Part shown: positions 48,675-57,773 of the stretch, piece after piece
Numbering within the stretch: the first letter of the stretch is position 1
Layout: every line of letters starts with the position of its first letter
Assembly: GCA_965208675.1 (NCBI GenBank)
Contig: OZ242351.1
Coordinates: 576,001 to 640,000, forward strand
Direction: 5' to 3'
DNA from: Candidatus Poribacteria bacterium
Lineage (GTDB): Bacteria > Poribacteria > WGA-4E > PCPOR2b
DNA length: 64,000 nt
The notes under the pieces: generated by a model
Told to the model about the DNA's origin: nothing
Databases searched by the model: none
What the model saw: the letters and a program-made list of their open reading frames with translations, nothing else
Position numbers and translations under genes: made by a program

Positions 48675-51212
48675 ATGTCCGATTCCTTTGATAAATCTAG
48701 AGAAAATCGTCCACACGGACAATCTAATGTCACCATTGTTACTCTCGATTTGGGGCGTTGGATTCATGGTGAATTGCCCAATCAGATTGTAGAATTGGCA
48801 CGCAATGAACTTCAAGGCGGACTATTAGAGAACCGGTTGCGAGGTGCGTGGGTACGAGGATTTGCGCAGGATTTGCATCTGCACATAACAACCTACAACG
48901 AAGATTTCATCGTAAACGGCGCGTATACGAATCATCCCATTGAGGCCGCGGTGCGAGCCGCTGTCAATGCGGGTCTCATTGCGCTGGAACAAGCCGTTAA
49001 AATGCAACGCTGTACTGACGCGGCGAAGGAAGTCCTGACACTTGATACCGAACAGCAAGCCGAGGCGTTGGGGCCGTATTACCTAAACTTCCCCTTTACC
49101 GAGAGAGGCGCCGAACCCATATTTGCTGCGAAGGCTATCAACGGAAGCTGGGGATTCTTCAACCGCGCCGTTTTTAATCTGTTTTTCAACCCGGATAAAG
49201 GTTCCGGGAGGCGCATTGAGGGAAATGAATTTTTAGGTGTAGTTGAATCAATTGCGGATCTCAAGAACGGCGTGGATAATGTACGAACCTATGAGTTTGG
49301 CCCTGGAAACCTTAACGAAATGGTCGCGTTAATTGCCGACGCCGATGAATGGCGTCTCAGCCGCGTTTACGCAGTCCGTGGTAAGTTCGGTGAAAGTGAA
49401 CTGCGCGGAGAACCCGCCCTTGTGGTCGAAGGTGCCAAAAACCCAGTTTTGGTAGGTCGCTCTCAGTCAGGTCTTCCCGCTGTCGGTGAATTCACTCAAG
49501 CCGTTGGAGAATTCTGCTTTGGACCGGGAGGCGGCGCAGGCAAATACCGGGTTGGACTCATACCCGTTAATTTTGAGGAGGCGCGCTGCTATTCCATTCC
49601 TCAAGGTACAGCGAAAGTAGTCGCCTATGCCTATCAGTCCTACGGCTACGGAAAGATTCCGAGTGATTCGGATGTGGTTGACGTTTTTGACCAAAACCGC
49701 CCTGAGACTAGGCGTTTACAGCGAGATGCAGCAGACCTAATAGGGAAAATGGTCAGTCACGGGGAGTTTGAGCCTTACGTGAACCCAATGGCCGCAGAAG
49801 ATACCGCCTCACAGGAAGCGCAACATTTGGAGGCGCGATTTGAATCCATTCCTGAAATTTCCGACCCCTTGTTAGAAGCCGCCAACAAAAAGGCTAAATT
49901 CACACTTTCAGATATCAAAGCCGACAGCGGCGGCAAAGTCGGACATACCACACCGCCTCACCTGTTCCGATATGTCGCGGAAGCTAGCCTGCAAGAAGGG
50001 AAAGATGCAGGGCTAATTTTTGAATCGTCCGAAATCATAGAAGTCGGGGACGACGGACATCTGTTGATGAGTCATAACCGCGGCACCGATAGCAATGATA
50101 TTCATCTTTTCGCTTACCGTACTTTTTTCCGGCAAGTGTGGGTAGCGGAGGTGTTAGGACATAAGTGGTATGGTTTGGGGCAGGATTTGGTCGGCGAAAC
50201 TACGGCTGGACACCCTACCGAAGAATTGGCAAACCTTAACGATGCTTTCCTCAAATTATTGCCCAAATTCCTTCCTACTGTGGAACGTGCGCATATACGT
50301 CGGCTAGAAAATGCCTATAACGTGTGGAAGACTGGTGAAGGACAAGGGCATAAAGTACTTCACGTTTTCTCAGGAAACATCTCGGGACAAGGTCCCGGCT
50401 TTGCGGAACTCCCGTTGGTTCGCCCTGGCAGAATTGGGTTGCTGGCAATTGACAAAACAGGTCCCTCAGCTTTTAATTTGCCAATATGGTGGAGTCTAAA
50501 TCAAGCATCAGCATCGGGCGCCCTCACTTCCTATCTCAACCGAACCGGGGGAGTAGGCTGCGTACTGGAGATTTGGGATGTGGAACATCATCGTCGAATT
50601 TTCTTAGATTTCAAGAGTGAAGCAGAAATTGCACAGCATTTACTTGGCGCGGTCGAAAGGTTTAACATCAAGCGAATATGGAGCCGTCGAGGAAAAAACT
50701 GGAACGCAGAAAGCCCATCGGACGGACTGGGTGAGGTGCTTTTGGCGGCCTCCACAGAAAAGCTCGCGGTCATTACCGGCGGAGAATACCGAGGGAAAGA
50801 TGACCCTGTTTTGCTTGCAGTGGAGCCTTTGGCGGACGCGCTCAACCTATTCATGCGCGACTGCTTTTATATGACCCAGGGAGATGGCCGAGGTTCTCAT
50901 TTCATGTTCCCGACGCCGCTTCCCTTCCAAGATGCTATTGCGACGGTCAACAGCCGCGCCGTGGCGGTGTCCGCTTGGGTAAGTATAAATTCTGACGGTC
51001 AGATTTGTGGGTTGCAAGACGTTTTTTCGGATGCAATCTACGAAACTGCACGGGATCGAGCTTACCGGTTCAATAAAGCAATCTGGGATGCTCAAGGTGG
51101 CAACTTTATTCCCGTCGGTGTAGGTTCAGCCAAGGTAGAACAATCCTATCCTCTGGCAAAAACGCTGGACCGCATCACCGCCTCAAATTCCGAGTTTGCG
51201 TCCAAGCACTAG
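48675..51212 (+). CDS. Tandem-duplicated class V fructose-1,6-bisphosphate aldolase/phosphatase-like protein
   Basis: C-half (from about 49899): TLSDIKADSGG.VGH, VGDD, YGLGQD, FSGN..GQGPG.AE, DKT.P.AFNLP, STEKL, EYRGKDDPV, RGSH. N-half: FTERGAEP, FN..FNP, PVLVGRSQSGLPAVGE, HGEFEP. GGAGG RBS. Confidence 0.88.
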   Translation: MSDSFDKSRENRPHGQSNVTIVTLDLGRWIHGELPNQIVELARNELQGGLLENRLRGAWVRGFAQDLHLHITTYNEDFIVNGAYTNHPIEAAVRAAVNAGLIALEQAVKMQRCTDAAKEVLTLDTEQQAEALGPYYLNFPFTERGAEPIFAAKAINGSWGFFNRAVFNLFFNPDKGSGRRIEGNEFLGVVESIADLKNGVDNVRTYEFGPGNLNEMVALIADADEWRLSRVYAVRGKFGESELRGEPALVVEGAKNPVLVGRSQSGLPAVGEFTQAVGEFCFGPGGGAGKYRVGLIPVNFEEARCYSIPQGTAKVVAYAYQSYGYGKIPSDSDVVDVFDQNRPETRRLQRDAADLIGKMVSHGEFEPYVNPMAAEDTASQEAQHLEARFESIPEISDPLLEAANKKAKFTLSDIKADSGGKVGHTTPPHLFRYVAEASLQEGKDAGLIFESSEIIEVGDDGHLLMSHNRGTDSNDIHLFAYRTFFRQVWVAEVLGHKWYGLGQDLVGETTAGHPTEELANLNDAFLKLLPKFLPTVERAHIRRLENAYNVWKTGEGQGHKVLHVFSGNISGQGPGFAELPLVRPGRIGLLAIDKTGPSAFNLPIWWSLNQASASGALTSYLNRTGGVGCVLEIWDVEHHRRIFLDFKSEAEIAQHLLGAVERFNIKRIWSRRGKNWNAESPSDGLGEVLLAASTEKLAVITGGEYRGKDDPVLLAVEPLADALNLFMRDCFYMTQGDGRGSHFMFPTPLPFQDAIATVNSRAVAVSAWVSINSDGQICGLQDVFSDAIYETARDRAYRFNKAIWDAQGGNFIPVGVGSAKVEQSYPLAKTLDRITASNSEFASKH

Positions 51213-51593
51213 CACGGGTTTCAGGAAAGAAAAAACAACTCGAAACTACCAGGCCACGCCTCTTTGGTTTTAACCCTGCCAAGTTTGCACAAACTGCGAT
51301 TTCAAAAACGTTTACTACGCAGCAAAGTCATTCATTGCCAAGGGTTTTGGAATAGAATGACTGTGCGTGCTGAACCTACCAATGCAGGACGCTTTAAATA
51401 GATATGGTACTGTGAAACCAAACCTATACGCCACACAGTTTCGCATTGGGTTTACATATCTCTTCAACTCCAAATGTGAATATCCCGTGTTGGAATAGCA
51501 ATTGAAGCATTGCTGACCAACCCCGTACTATCTGATGCATGTTCCTCGCAAGCGTTGTCCTATGGGGACAGAAAAAACAATTGAACAAAATTA

Positions 51594-51635
51594 TTGACAA
51601 AGCGGAAGTCATCTGATATACTTAACGGCGTTAAG
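51594..51635 (+). promoter_or_regulatory. Sigma70 promoter of the tetR gene overlapped by a palindromic operator
   Basis: TTGACA(51594)-17 nt-TATACT(51617); CTTAAC-GGC-GTTAAG at 51621-51635. Confidence 0.8.
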
Positions 51636-51666
51636 TTAAATTACGATGTAAATTAATGGTTATGTA

Positions 51667-52272
51667 ATGGGCGTTAAAGAACGCAGAAAAAGGGAAAAAG
51701 AGCAGTTACGGCGTCAGATTCTTGCTGCCGCGCGAGAGTTGTTCGTCAATGAAGGCTACGAAAACGTCTCTATGCGAAAGATTGCCGATAAGATTGAGTA
51801 TTCGCCGACGATGATTTACCTATACTTCAATGGAAAGGCAGATCTTTTGGATTCCGTTTGCCAAGAAACTCTCCTGAACTTATTGAATACATTTGAACTA
51901 CTGAAAAAGGATAAAAGCGACCCCGTTGAGAACCTGAGAAAAAGTGGTAAAGCCTATGTCGAATTCGGTCTAAAGTACCCGCAGGATTATAAGCTGACAT
52001 TTGTCGTCCGTCCTCAGTACCAGAAGGGTTTAGGTCTGCCAGAAGGATCGATTGGCGAAAGAGTGTTTAATTACCTGAGTGCAATGGTCTCCGAATGTGT
52101 TCGACAGAAGACCTTCCGCCAAGTGGATGTCGAAATCACCGGTCAAGCGCTGTGGTCAGCAGTTCACGGAGTTACCATGCTCCTGATTGATTTCCCCGAT
52201 TTCCCCTGGACAGCCAAAGATAAATTGATTGACACGGTGATACACACGATGATCGGAGGTTTGAAGGCGTAG
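51667..52272 (+). CDS. TetR/AcrR family regulator (WHG-type C-terminal domain)
   Basis: ILAAARELF...GYENVSMRKIA..IEYSP.MIYLYF..K; WSAVHG. Confidence 0.94.
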   Translation: MGVKERRKREKEQLRRQILAAARELFVNEGYENVSMRKIADKIEYSPTMIYLYFNGKADLLDSVCQETLLNLLNTFELLKKDKSDPVENLRKSGKAYVEFGLKYPQDYKLTFVVRPQYQKGLGLPEGSIGERVFNYLSAMVSECVRQKTFRQVDVEITGQALWSAVHGVTMLLIDFPDFPWTAKDKLIDTVIHTMIGGLKA

Positions 52273-52318
52273 ATATTGAATTATTGGGCGAGGTTTTATA
52301 TATTTTTTTGGCGTTTTG

Positions 52319-52331
52319 TTAACACTGTTAA
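52319..52331 (+). promoter_or_regulatory. Second TetR-type operator copy
   Basis: TTAAC-ACT-GTTAA, same arms and spacing as 51622-51634. Confidence 0.7.
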
Positions 52332-52478
52332 TTTAATTATCTATGTTAATAGATGAAATCTAATGAAAGGTAAACAAAAATTAATAAGCATATCCAATCC
52401 TACAAACACTGTCTTTATGCAATTCTTAACTCGCCAAGCAATCAGGCGGACTGCTGCCGACGGAGTCTGCTTTCCATA

Positions 52479-54041
52479 GTGGTGCTTGGAGTGTTCTTAT
52501 CGGGATGCACGACGCTGTTCGGGAAAGAGGTTAATCCGATACCCCTTGCCTCCGAGGAATTTTCTTTCAAGCAGTACGAAATCGTCACGGGCACAGCAAA
52601 ACACCAAACCGTTTTGACAGGATTTCTTCTTGGCGGTATTAGCGCGGAAATTGTAGTGGTGAGCATCGACACGGCGCATAATCGCCGGTTATTTCTGTAC
52701 GAATTTAACAGCGAGAGTTGGGCAATAAAGCTCGACGCAACGCTGCGTCCGGAAGTGCTATTCGTCGACGTGGTTAACATCAAAGGACGCGACCGATTGA
52801 TTACATATGAGCACGGTCGCATAAATTGGTTCGAGCCCGAAGCATCAATCGAGCACTTGCTGGTCGAGGTTAGTACTAATATCCCGCCTCCCGAAATTGA
52901 TGTCCCCCATGTTGATATTACGCGGGACCTCAATGGTGATGATCGAGACGATATAGTCTTGCCGGATGCCGACGGCTTCTGGGTGTTCATCCAGATGAAC
53001 GATGGTGCATTCGCCGATCCGATAAAGATTGGTCCCTCGTTTAAGATGGGTGAAATCTACACGGCTGACGGGTACCGATTCATCCCATGGAATGAAAGCC
53101 GCATCCACGAAGTGGACTATAACCGAGATGGGCGCATTGACCTCGTCTTCTGGCGTGAGGACCACTTCGTAGTTCATCCTCAAGATGAGCATGGGCTGTT
53201 TTCTCCAGATACGGAGACCTTCTGTACGGAAGTGAGATTCGATTCGGACGACCTCTCATCGCTTGTCGCGCCCGAAGGGGTACGCGGCAGGCGTTTTGAT
53301 CACGGTGCACCTGGAGTCATGACGGGAAGAGTGTTGCACGAATTGACCGATATGAACCATGACGGTGTCGCCGACCTGGCGGTATTTTCCTTGCAGGCGG
53401 GGAGTGGCCGCCTATTCGGTCAGACATCCAAGTTGTGGGGTATGCGCTCCACCTACGAGGTGCACTTTGGGGTGCCGGCGCCGGGCGCCACTGAATTCGG
53501 ATTAGAGGTTGGCACCATGATTCGGGCAGACGGAATCCCGTTCGAGATAGCCACGCGCGACTTCGACCACGATGGTCATGTCGATGTGATGTTCACGGTC
53601 ATTAATCCGGGTGTCTTCAAAATCATCGGTATGTTGGTAAGGGGGATGGCCACGGATTCCGCGTTGCTAGATCTCAATCTCTACCGCTTGACAGACAACA
53701 CGTATCCCGACGACCCCAACACTTCTCGTAAAATCAAAGCGTATACTCCTGGAGATTCAGGGGAGAAAGCCATGCACTTTCCGGCGCTGCTCTACGGGGA
53801 CGTATCCGGCGACGGACTCTCGGACCTTTTGGTACAGAATGGACTGAAAGAACTTTACGTCTTCATCGGCGAGCGCGGCCCGAATATGTTCGCCCGGAAG
53901 CCTCAAAAGGTAGCAATCAACATGCCGTACGAGGAATACACCCAGTTGATAGATCTTAACGGAGACGGCTTATATGATGTCCTCATGCATCACCCGTCCA
54001 TCGCAGAGCCGCATCGGGTGACTATGCTTATTGCTCAATGA
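52479..54041 (+). CDS. FG-GAP/VCBS-repeat lipoprotein (beta-propeller); true start may be ATT at 52380
   Basis: Lipobox LSGC; six D.N/D.DG..D repeats (DLNGDDRDD, DYNRDGRID, DMNHDGVAD, DFDHDGHVD, DVSGDGLSD, DLNGDGLYD). Confidence 0.88.
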   Translation: MVLGVFLSGCTTLFGKEVNPIPLASEEFSFKQYEIVTGTAKHQTVLTGFLLGGISAEIVVVSIDTAHNRRLFLYEFNSESWAIKLDATLRPEVLFVDVVNIKGRDRLITYEHGRINWFEPEASIEHLLVEVSTNIPPPEIDVPHVDITRDLNGDDRDDIVLPDADGFWVFIQMNDGAFADPIKIGPSFKMGEIYTADGYRFIPWNESRIHEVDYNRDGRIDLVFWREDHFVVHPQDEHGLFSPDTETFCTEVRFDSDDLSSLVAPEGVRGRRFDHGAPGVMTGRVLHELTDMNHDGVADLAVFSLQAGSGRLFGQTSKLWGMRSTYEVHFGVPAPGATEFGLEVGTMIRADGIPFEIATRDFDHDGHVDVMFTVINPGVFKIIGMLVRGMATDSALLDLNLYRLTDNTYPDDPNTSRKIKAYTPGDSGEKAMHFPALLYGDVSGDGLSDLLVQNGLKELYVFIGERGPNMFARKPQKVAINMPYEEYTQLIDLNGDGLYDVLMHHPSIAEPHRVTMLIAQ

Positions 54042-54079
54042 CCAAAAAATCGAAAATAGATTGATAGGAGAAATTTACT

Positions 54080-54646
54080 ATGAGAATCACAGGGAAACAC
54101 GATTCAAACCGAAAATCAGCGGCAATATTAATTGCAACAATGACTTGTGTATGTTTGGGGTTAATTGTCAGTTTTTCGAATCAAGCACACGCATCTGATC
54201 TCACCAAAAAATTCGGTATTGGACTCCAGGGAGCCACACCCGCATTTGGCGGAATTAGTTTTCGTTACAACGGGCTTGCGCCCGTCTATCTTCAAACCGT
54301 TGGACGTTTTATTCTCAATAATCAGGATAGCGACCATATGTTAGGCGCAAGCGTTTCATATGCCATTTTCGAGCATAATGGCAGGCGGAACTTAGCCCGG
54401 CTGTATTTTAGTTTAGAAGGTGGCTGGCGGTATGAAGAAGCGCAGGAGCATGGCAGATCAAAGGTGGAAACCACGACGCTAGCGGCAGGAATCGCTTTTG
54501 GAGGCGAACTGGTGTTTTCATTTGGAGGGATTCCGCTCGGCTTAAACGCGGAAGTAGGTCAAGGGTTTGGCAGGGAAAAAGACACGTCTCAATCCAACGG
54601 TATTGCCGGCGTTTACGTAGGAACGGGCATACATGCCTATTTTTGA
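54080..54646 (+). CDS. Small outer-membrane beta-barrel-like hypothetical protein
   Basis: AHA signal peptidase site, FGIGLQG and Gly/aromatic strands, terminal GIHAYF; AGGAG RBS. Confidence 0.7.
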   Translation: MRITGKHDSNRKSAAILIATMTCVCLGLIVSFSNQAHASDLTKKFGIGLQGATPAFGGISFRYNGLAPVYLQTVGRFILNNQDSDHMLGASVSYAIFEHNGRRNLARLYFSLEGGWRYEEAQEHGRSKVETTTLAAGIAFGGELVFSFGGIPLGLNAEVGQGFGREKDTSQSNGIAGVYVGTGIHAYF

Positions 54647-54766
54647 ATCTCTATAAGCATTGCGCAGTTCATCGCTTAATAGCCTCGAGTTGTTAATTTA
54701 AACCTTGTAATCAGTGGTGTTTTGCCGGACGCAACCCGACGTCATCACCAATTCCAAACACATTTG

Positions 54767-56062
54767 TTATGTCAAATAAGGTTGAATGTGAGCAAGTGTC
54801 CGTTGGGTAGCTCCCAAGTTTTCCTCAATGGTTTCCATCGCAATTTTCCCCATCCGATCGCACAGGCCTGGGTTGGAAAGCAGCAATTTAAGAACAGTCG
54901 CCATCTCTTGAACAGAATTGACCAAACGTGCCGCGCCCCGGTCCTTCAGTAGGTATGCTTCATGTGCATTATGGATGGTAGGACCGAATAGAATAGGTTT
55001 TGCCATTGCGGCTGGCTCCATCACGTTGTGCACGCTTCCGTTAAAGCTCCCGCCGACAAACGCTAAATCTCCTAGCCGATAGAGTTTTGCGAGCATACCC
55101 ACAATGTCAATTACGATTGCATCAATTTTGCTTAAGTCGTCCACTGCTTTCAGCTGCGAAAAACACGTGTGTGTAAATCCTTGCCGATCCAATTGAGTCC
55201 GAATTTCTGAGATTCGTTCGGCTGTAGGCTCGTGGGGGACCAGGACTAAACTCGGCATGTCCTGCGGCGAATCTCGGCGAAGGAGATGGCATGCTTCAAA
55301 CAGAACTCGTTCATCTTTCGAGTAAGTGCTTCCCGCTATTAAGATGGGATGCTTTAAGGTAGATTGCCCCGGGAAGAATTGAGCGTCGGCATCAATCGCG
55401 GCCGCATGTTGAAAAACCCGATCAAAACGAGTATCCCCCGTGACTTGGATTTGAGCGTTTATCGGGCAAATACGTCGAAACCGTTGTGCGTCTAGGTTTG
55501 ATATAACGCAGTGCACCGAAATGTGATGATGGACGCACTTGAAAAAAGACCGGGCAAAGGGGGTCAATCGTTTGGATTTTGCATGCAGCGATCCAGCGAT
55601 GAGGATGATCGGTATCCTACTTTTGGATGCGCACCAGACTAGGTTGGGCCAAATGTCGAACTTGGAAAAGATTAGGACGGACGGCTTGATAAGTTGAATG
55701 AGCCATTTAGTGTTACGAATGGTGTCAAGAGGAAGATAGGAGGCTGCATCGCAATGCGGATATTTTGCAATGTTGGGATGTACCGAAGGGGAGAAGTAAG
55801 TTAGGACGATTCGTGTGTCATCTTTAACGGCTTCGATTAGCGGTTTGGCTTGCTCGAATTCGCCAACGGAGGTGAAATGAAACCAAACCGTTCGGTCGAT
55901 TTCTCGTGAGGATTCCAACTGGCTTTTCAGATTCGTAAAAACGTTTCGTCTGCCGGTTATCCCCTCACGAGTCTTTGCGTTAAACCTTGCACCTATGTGG
56001 AATCCGACGAACAGTGCGGGAACTACGATTGTGTTATAGAACGCTCTCCAAATTATATCCAT
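54767..56062 (-). CDS. waaA: 3-deoxy-D-manno-octulosonic acid (Kdo) transferase
   Basis: WFHFTSVGEFEQ, YLPLD, DIWPN, GDTRFD, AGST, VPHE, AFVGGS, HNVMEPA..FGP. Confidence 0.92.
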   Translation of the reverse strand: MDIIWRAFYNTIVVPALFVGFHIGARFNAKTREGITGRRNVFTNLKSQLESSREIDRTVWFHFTSVGEFEQAKPLIEAVKDDTRIVLTYFSPSVHPNIAKYPHCDAASYLPLDTIRNTKWLIQLIKPSVLIFSKFDIWPNLVWCASKSRIPIILIAGSLHAKSKRLTPFARSFFKCVHHHISVHCVISNLDAQRFRRICPINAQIQVTGDTRFDRVFQHAAAIDADAQFFPGQSTLKHPILIAGSTYSKDERVLFEACHLLRRDSPQDMPSLVLVPHEPTAERISEIRTQLDRQGFTHTCFSQLKAVDDLSKIDAIVIDIVGMLAKLYRLGDLAFVGGSFNGSVHNVMEPAAMAKPILFGPTIHNAHEAYLLKDRGAARLVNSVQEMATVLKLLLSNPGLCDRMGKIAMETIEENLGATQRTLAHIQPYLT

Positions 56063-56159
56063 CGAATATGCGTTCCTTCACAATTGAACGAATGGACCGG
56101 CGCAAAACGCATAAAAGTTCCGTTTTGCGCATTGTGGCATCTGTTTCGGTATCCATTTT

Positions 56160-56486
56160 CTACAACGCGGAGAGTATCTTTTCCTTCAGGGCGCCTTTTG
56201 GTAATGCACCGACTATCTGCCCTTTAACCTCCCCATCGCCAAACACTAGCAGCGTGGGGATGCTGAGGACGCGGTATTTCATTGCAGTGTCACGATTGTC
56301 ATCAACGTTGAGCTTGCCGACTTTGAACTGGGCGGTATGTTCGTCGGCGAGTTCTTCCAAGATTGGGGCAATCATCTTACACGGTCCGCACCATTCCGCC
56401 CAAAAATCAACAACAATCGGCATATCCGAATTTAATACAGTTTCCTCAAATGTGTCGTCAGTTATTTCTAGAACGTTTTTAGCCAT
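56160..56486 (-). CDS. trxA: Thioredoxin
   Basis: VDFWAEWCGPCKM, SIPTL. Confidence 0.97.
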   Translation of the reverse strand: MAKNVLEITDDTFEETVLNSDMPIVVDFWAEWCGPCKMIAPILEELADEHTAQFKVGKLNVDDNRDTAMKYRVLSIPTLLVFGDGEVKGQIVGALPKGALKEKILSAL

Positions 56487-56774
56487 TTAGTTTTCTCCTA
56501 AACAATTCCTTCAATCGCAAAAAATGCCGAGGTGTTCACCACGCTGTGAACTTCAGCATTTACGCTGAAATGGTCAAACTCAAATTTGTATCAATTATTG
56601 CCAACAGATCTCTAATATGATACCCTAAAAATATGTGGAATTGACGTTCAACACCCGATCTTGCGTCTGGGACGAGGACGAAACGCCCAAGTTGTCTACC
56701 TTTAATAAAAGAGAAAAACACTGACGGAGTACAACCCTAAATTTTGGGTCTATACACCGCAGCCGAGTAATTTT

Positions 56775-57587
56775 ATGCTAATTCGTTCTACTTCAAACCC
56801 ACACATCAAATACATTCGGACCTTGTGCGAAAAACGGAAGGCGCGGAATATCCGCCATGAGTTTTTCGTAGAAGGAGTCCGCGCAGTCTCTGAAGCATTC
56901 AGTCACGGTTGGAATGTGAAAAAACTGATTTACTGTCCGTCATTGGTTCGATCCGATTGGGCGAAGAAGATTGTTGCGGAATCCGATCCGTTTATTCACC
57001 TTCAAATTTCAGAAAATCTGCATAATAAACTGTGCGACCGCAACGATTTAGAATTGATGGCAATCATTTCACAGGTCGGGGACGATTTTGACCGCATCCC
57101 GATTCGATCGAATCTTCTTGCCATCGCAGCGGAAAATCCGCAGAATCGAGGGAATTTGGGGACAATCATCCGATCCGCCGACGCTATGGGTGCACACGGA
57201 GTATTGATAATTGAGCCCGCTGTCGATCTCTACGATCCCAAAACGGTTCGGGCCACAATGGGATCTTTGTTTGCATTGCCTGTAATTCGGATTGAAAGCC
57301 ACGCACTGTTCCGGAGTTGGCATGAAAAAGTTTGTGCGGTTCTCGGGGTGCTACAGGTCGTTGGCACAAGCCCACATGCGTCAACGACAATCGACAAGGT
57401 CAACTTTATGGCCCCAACGCTGCTGGTTGTTGGTAATGAACAAGCCGGAATCAGCAAACAGCTTGAAACAATGTGTGATGCGTTGATTTCTATCCCAATG
57501 TCAGGATCGGCGGATTCTCTGAACAGCGCAATCGCCGCGTCAGTCGCCCTTTATGAAGCCAATCGTCAACGATTTTCGAGCAAGTGA
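56775..57587 (+). CDS. TrmH/SpoU family RNA 2'-O-methyltransferase
   Basis: NP.IK, VEG, N.GNLGTIIRSADA.G, RATMGS, VGNE..G, IPM.G...SLN. Confidence 0.93.
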   Translation: MLIRSTSNPHIKYIRTLCEKRKARNIRHEFFVEGVRAVSEAFSHGWNVKKLIYCPSLVRSDWAKKIVAESDPFIHLQISENLHNKLCDRNDLELMAIISQVGDDFDRIPIRSNLLAIAAENPQNRGNLGTIIRSADAMGAHGVLIIEPAVDLYDPKTVRATMGSLFALPVIRIESHALFRSWHEKVCAVLGVLQVVGTSPHASTTIDKVNFMAPTLLVVGNEQAGISKQLETMCDALISIPMSGSADSLNSAIAASVALYEANRQRFSSK

Positions 57588-57650
57588 ATTAATCGTGCCT
57601 GCTATTGTCCAGTCAGTCCAATCACCGCGTAAAACCGCCACATTTAACAC

Positions 57651-57755
57651 TTACGTCGTCTTTTTTACCGTCTGTTTTATTCTTTTGAGGCGGCGTTTTT
57701 GACGGTGATGAATGAGTGTCCTTCGTCGAACTCGTCCACTCTTGCTACGCGCCAT
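57651..57755 (-). CDS. 34-aa Arg/Lys-rich small protein (not in the ORF track)
   Basis: TAAGGAGGTG-attgg-ATG; MARSKSGRVRRRTLIHHRQKRRLKRIKQTVKKTT*. Confidence 0.75.
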   Translation of the reverse strand: MARSKSGRVRRRTLIHHRQKRRLKRIKQTVKKTT

Positions 57756-57773
57756 CCAATCACCTCCTTACTA

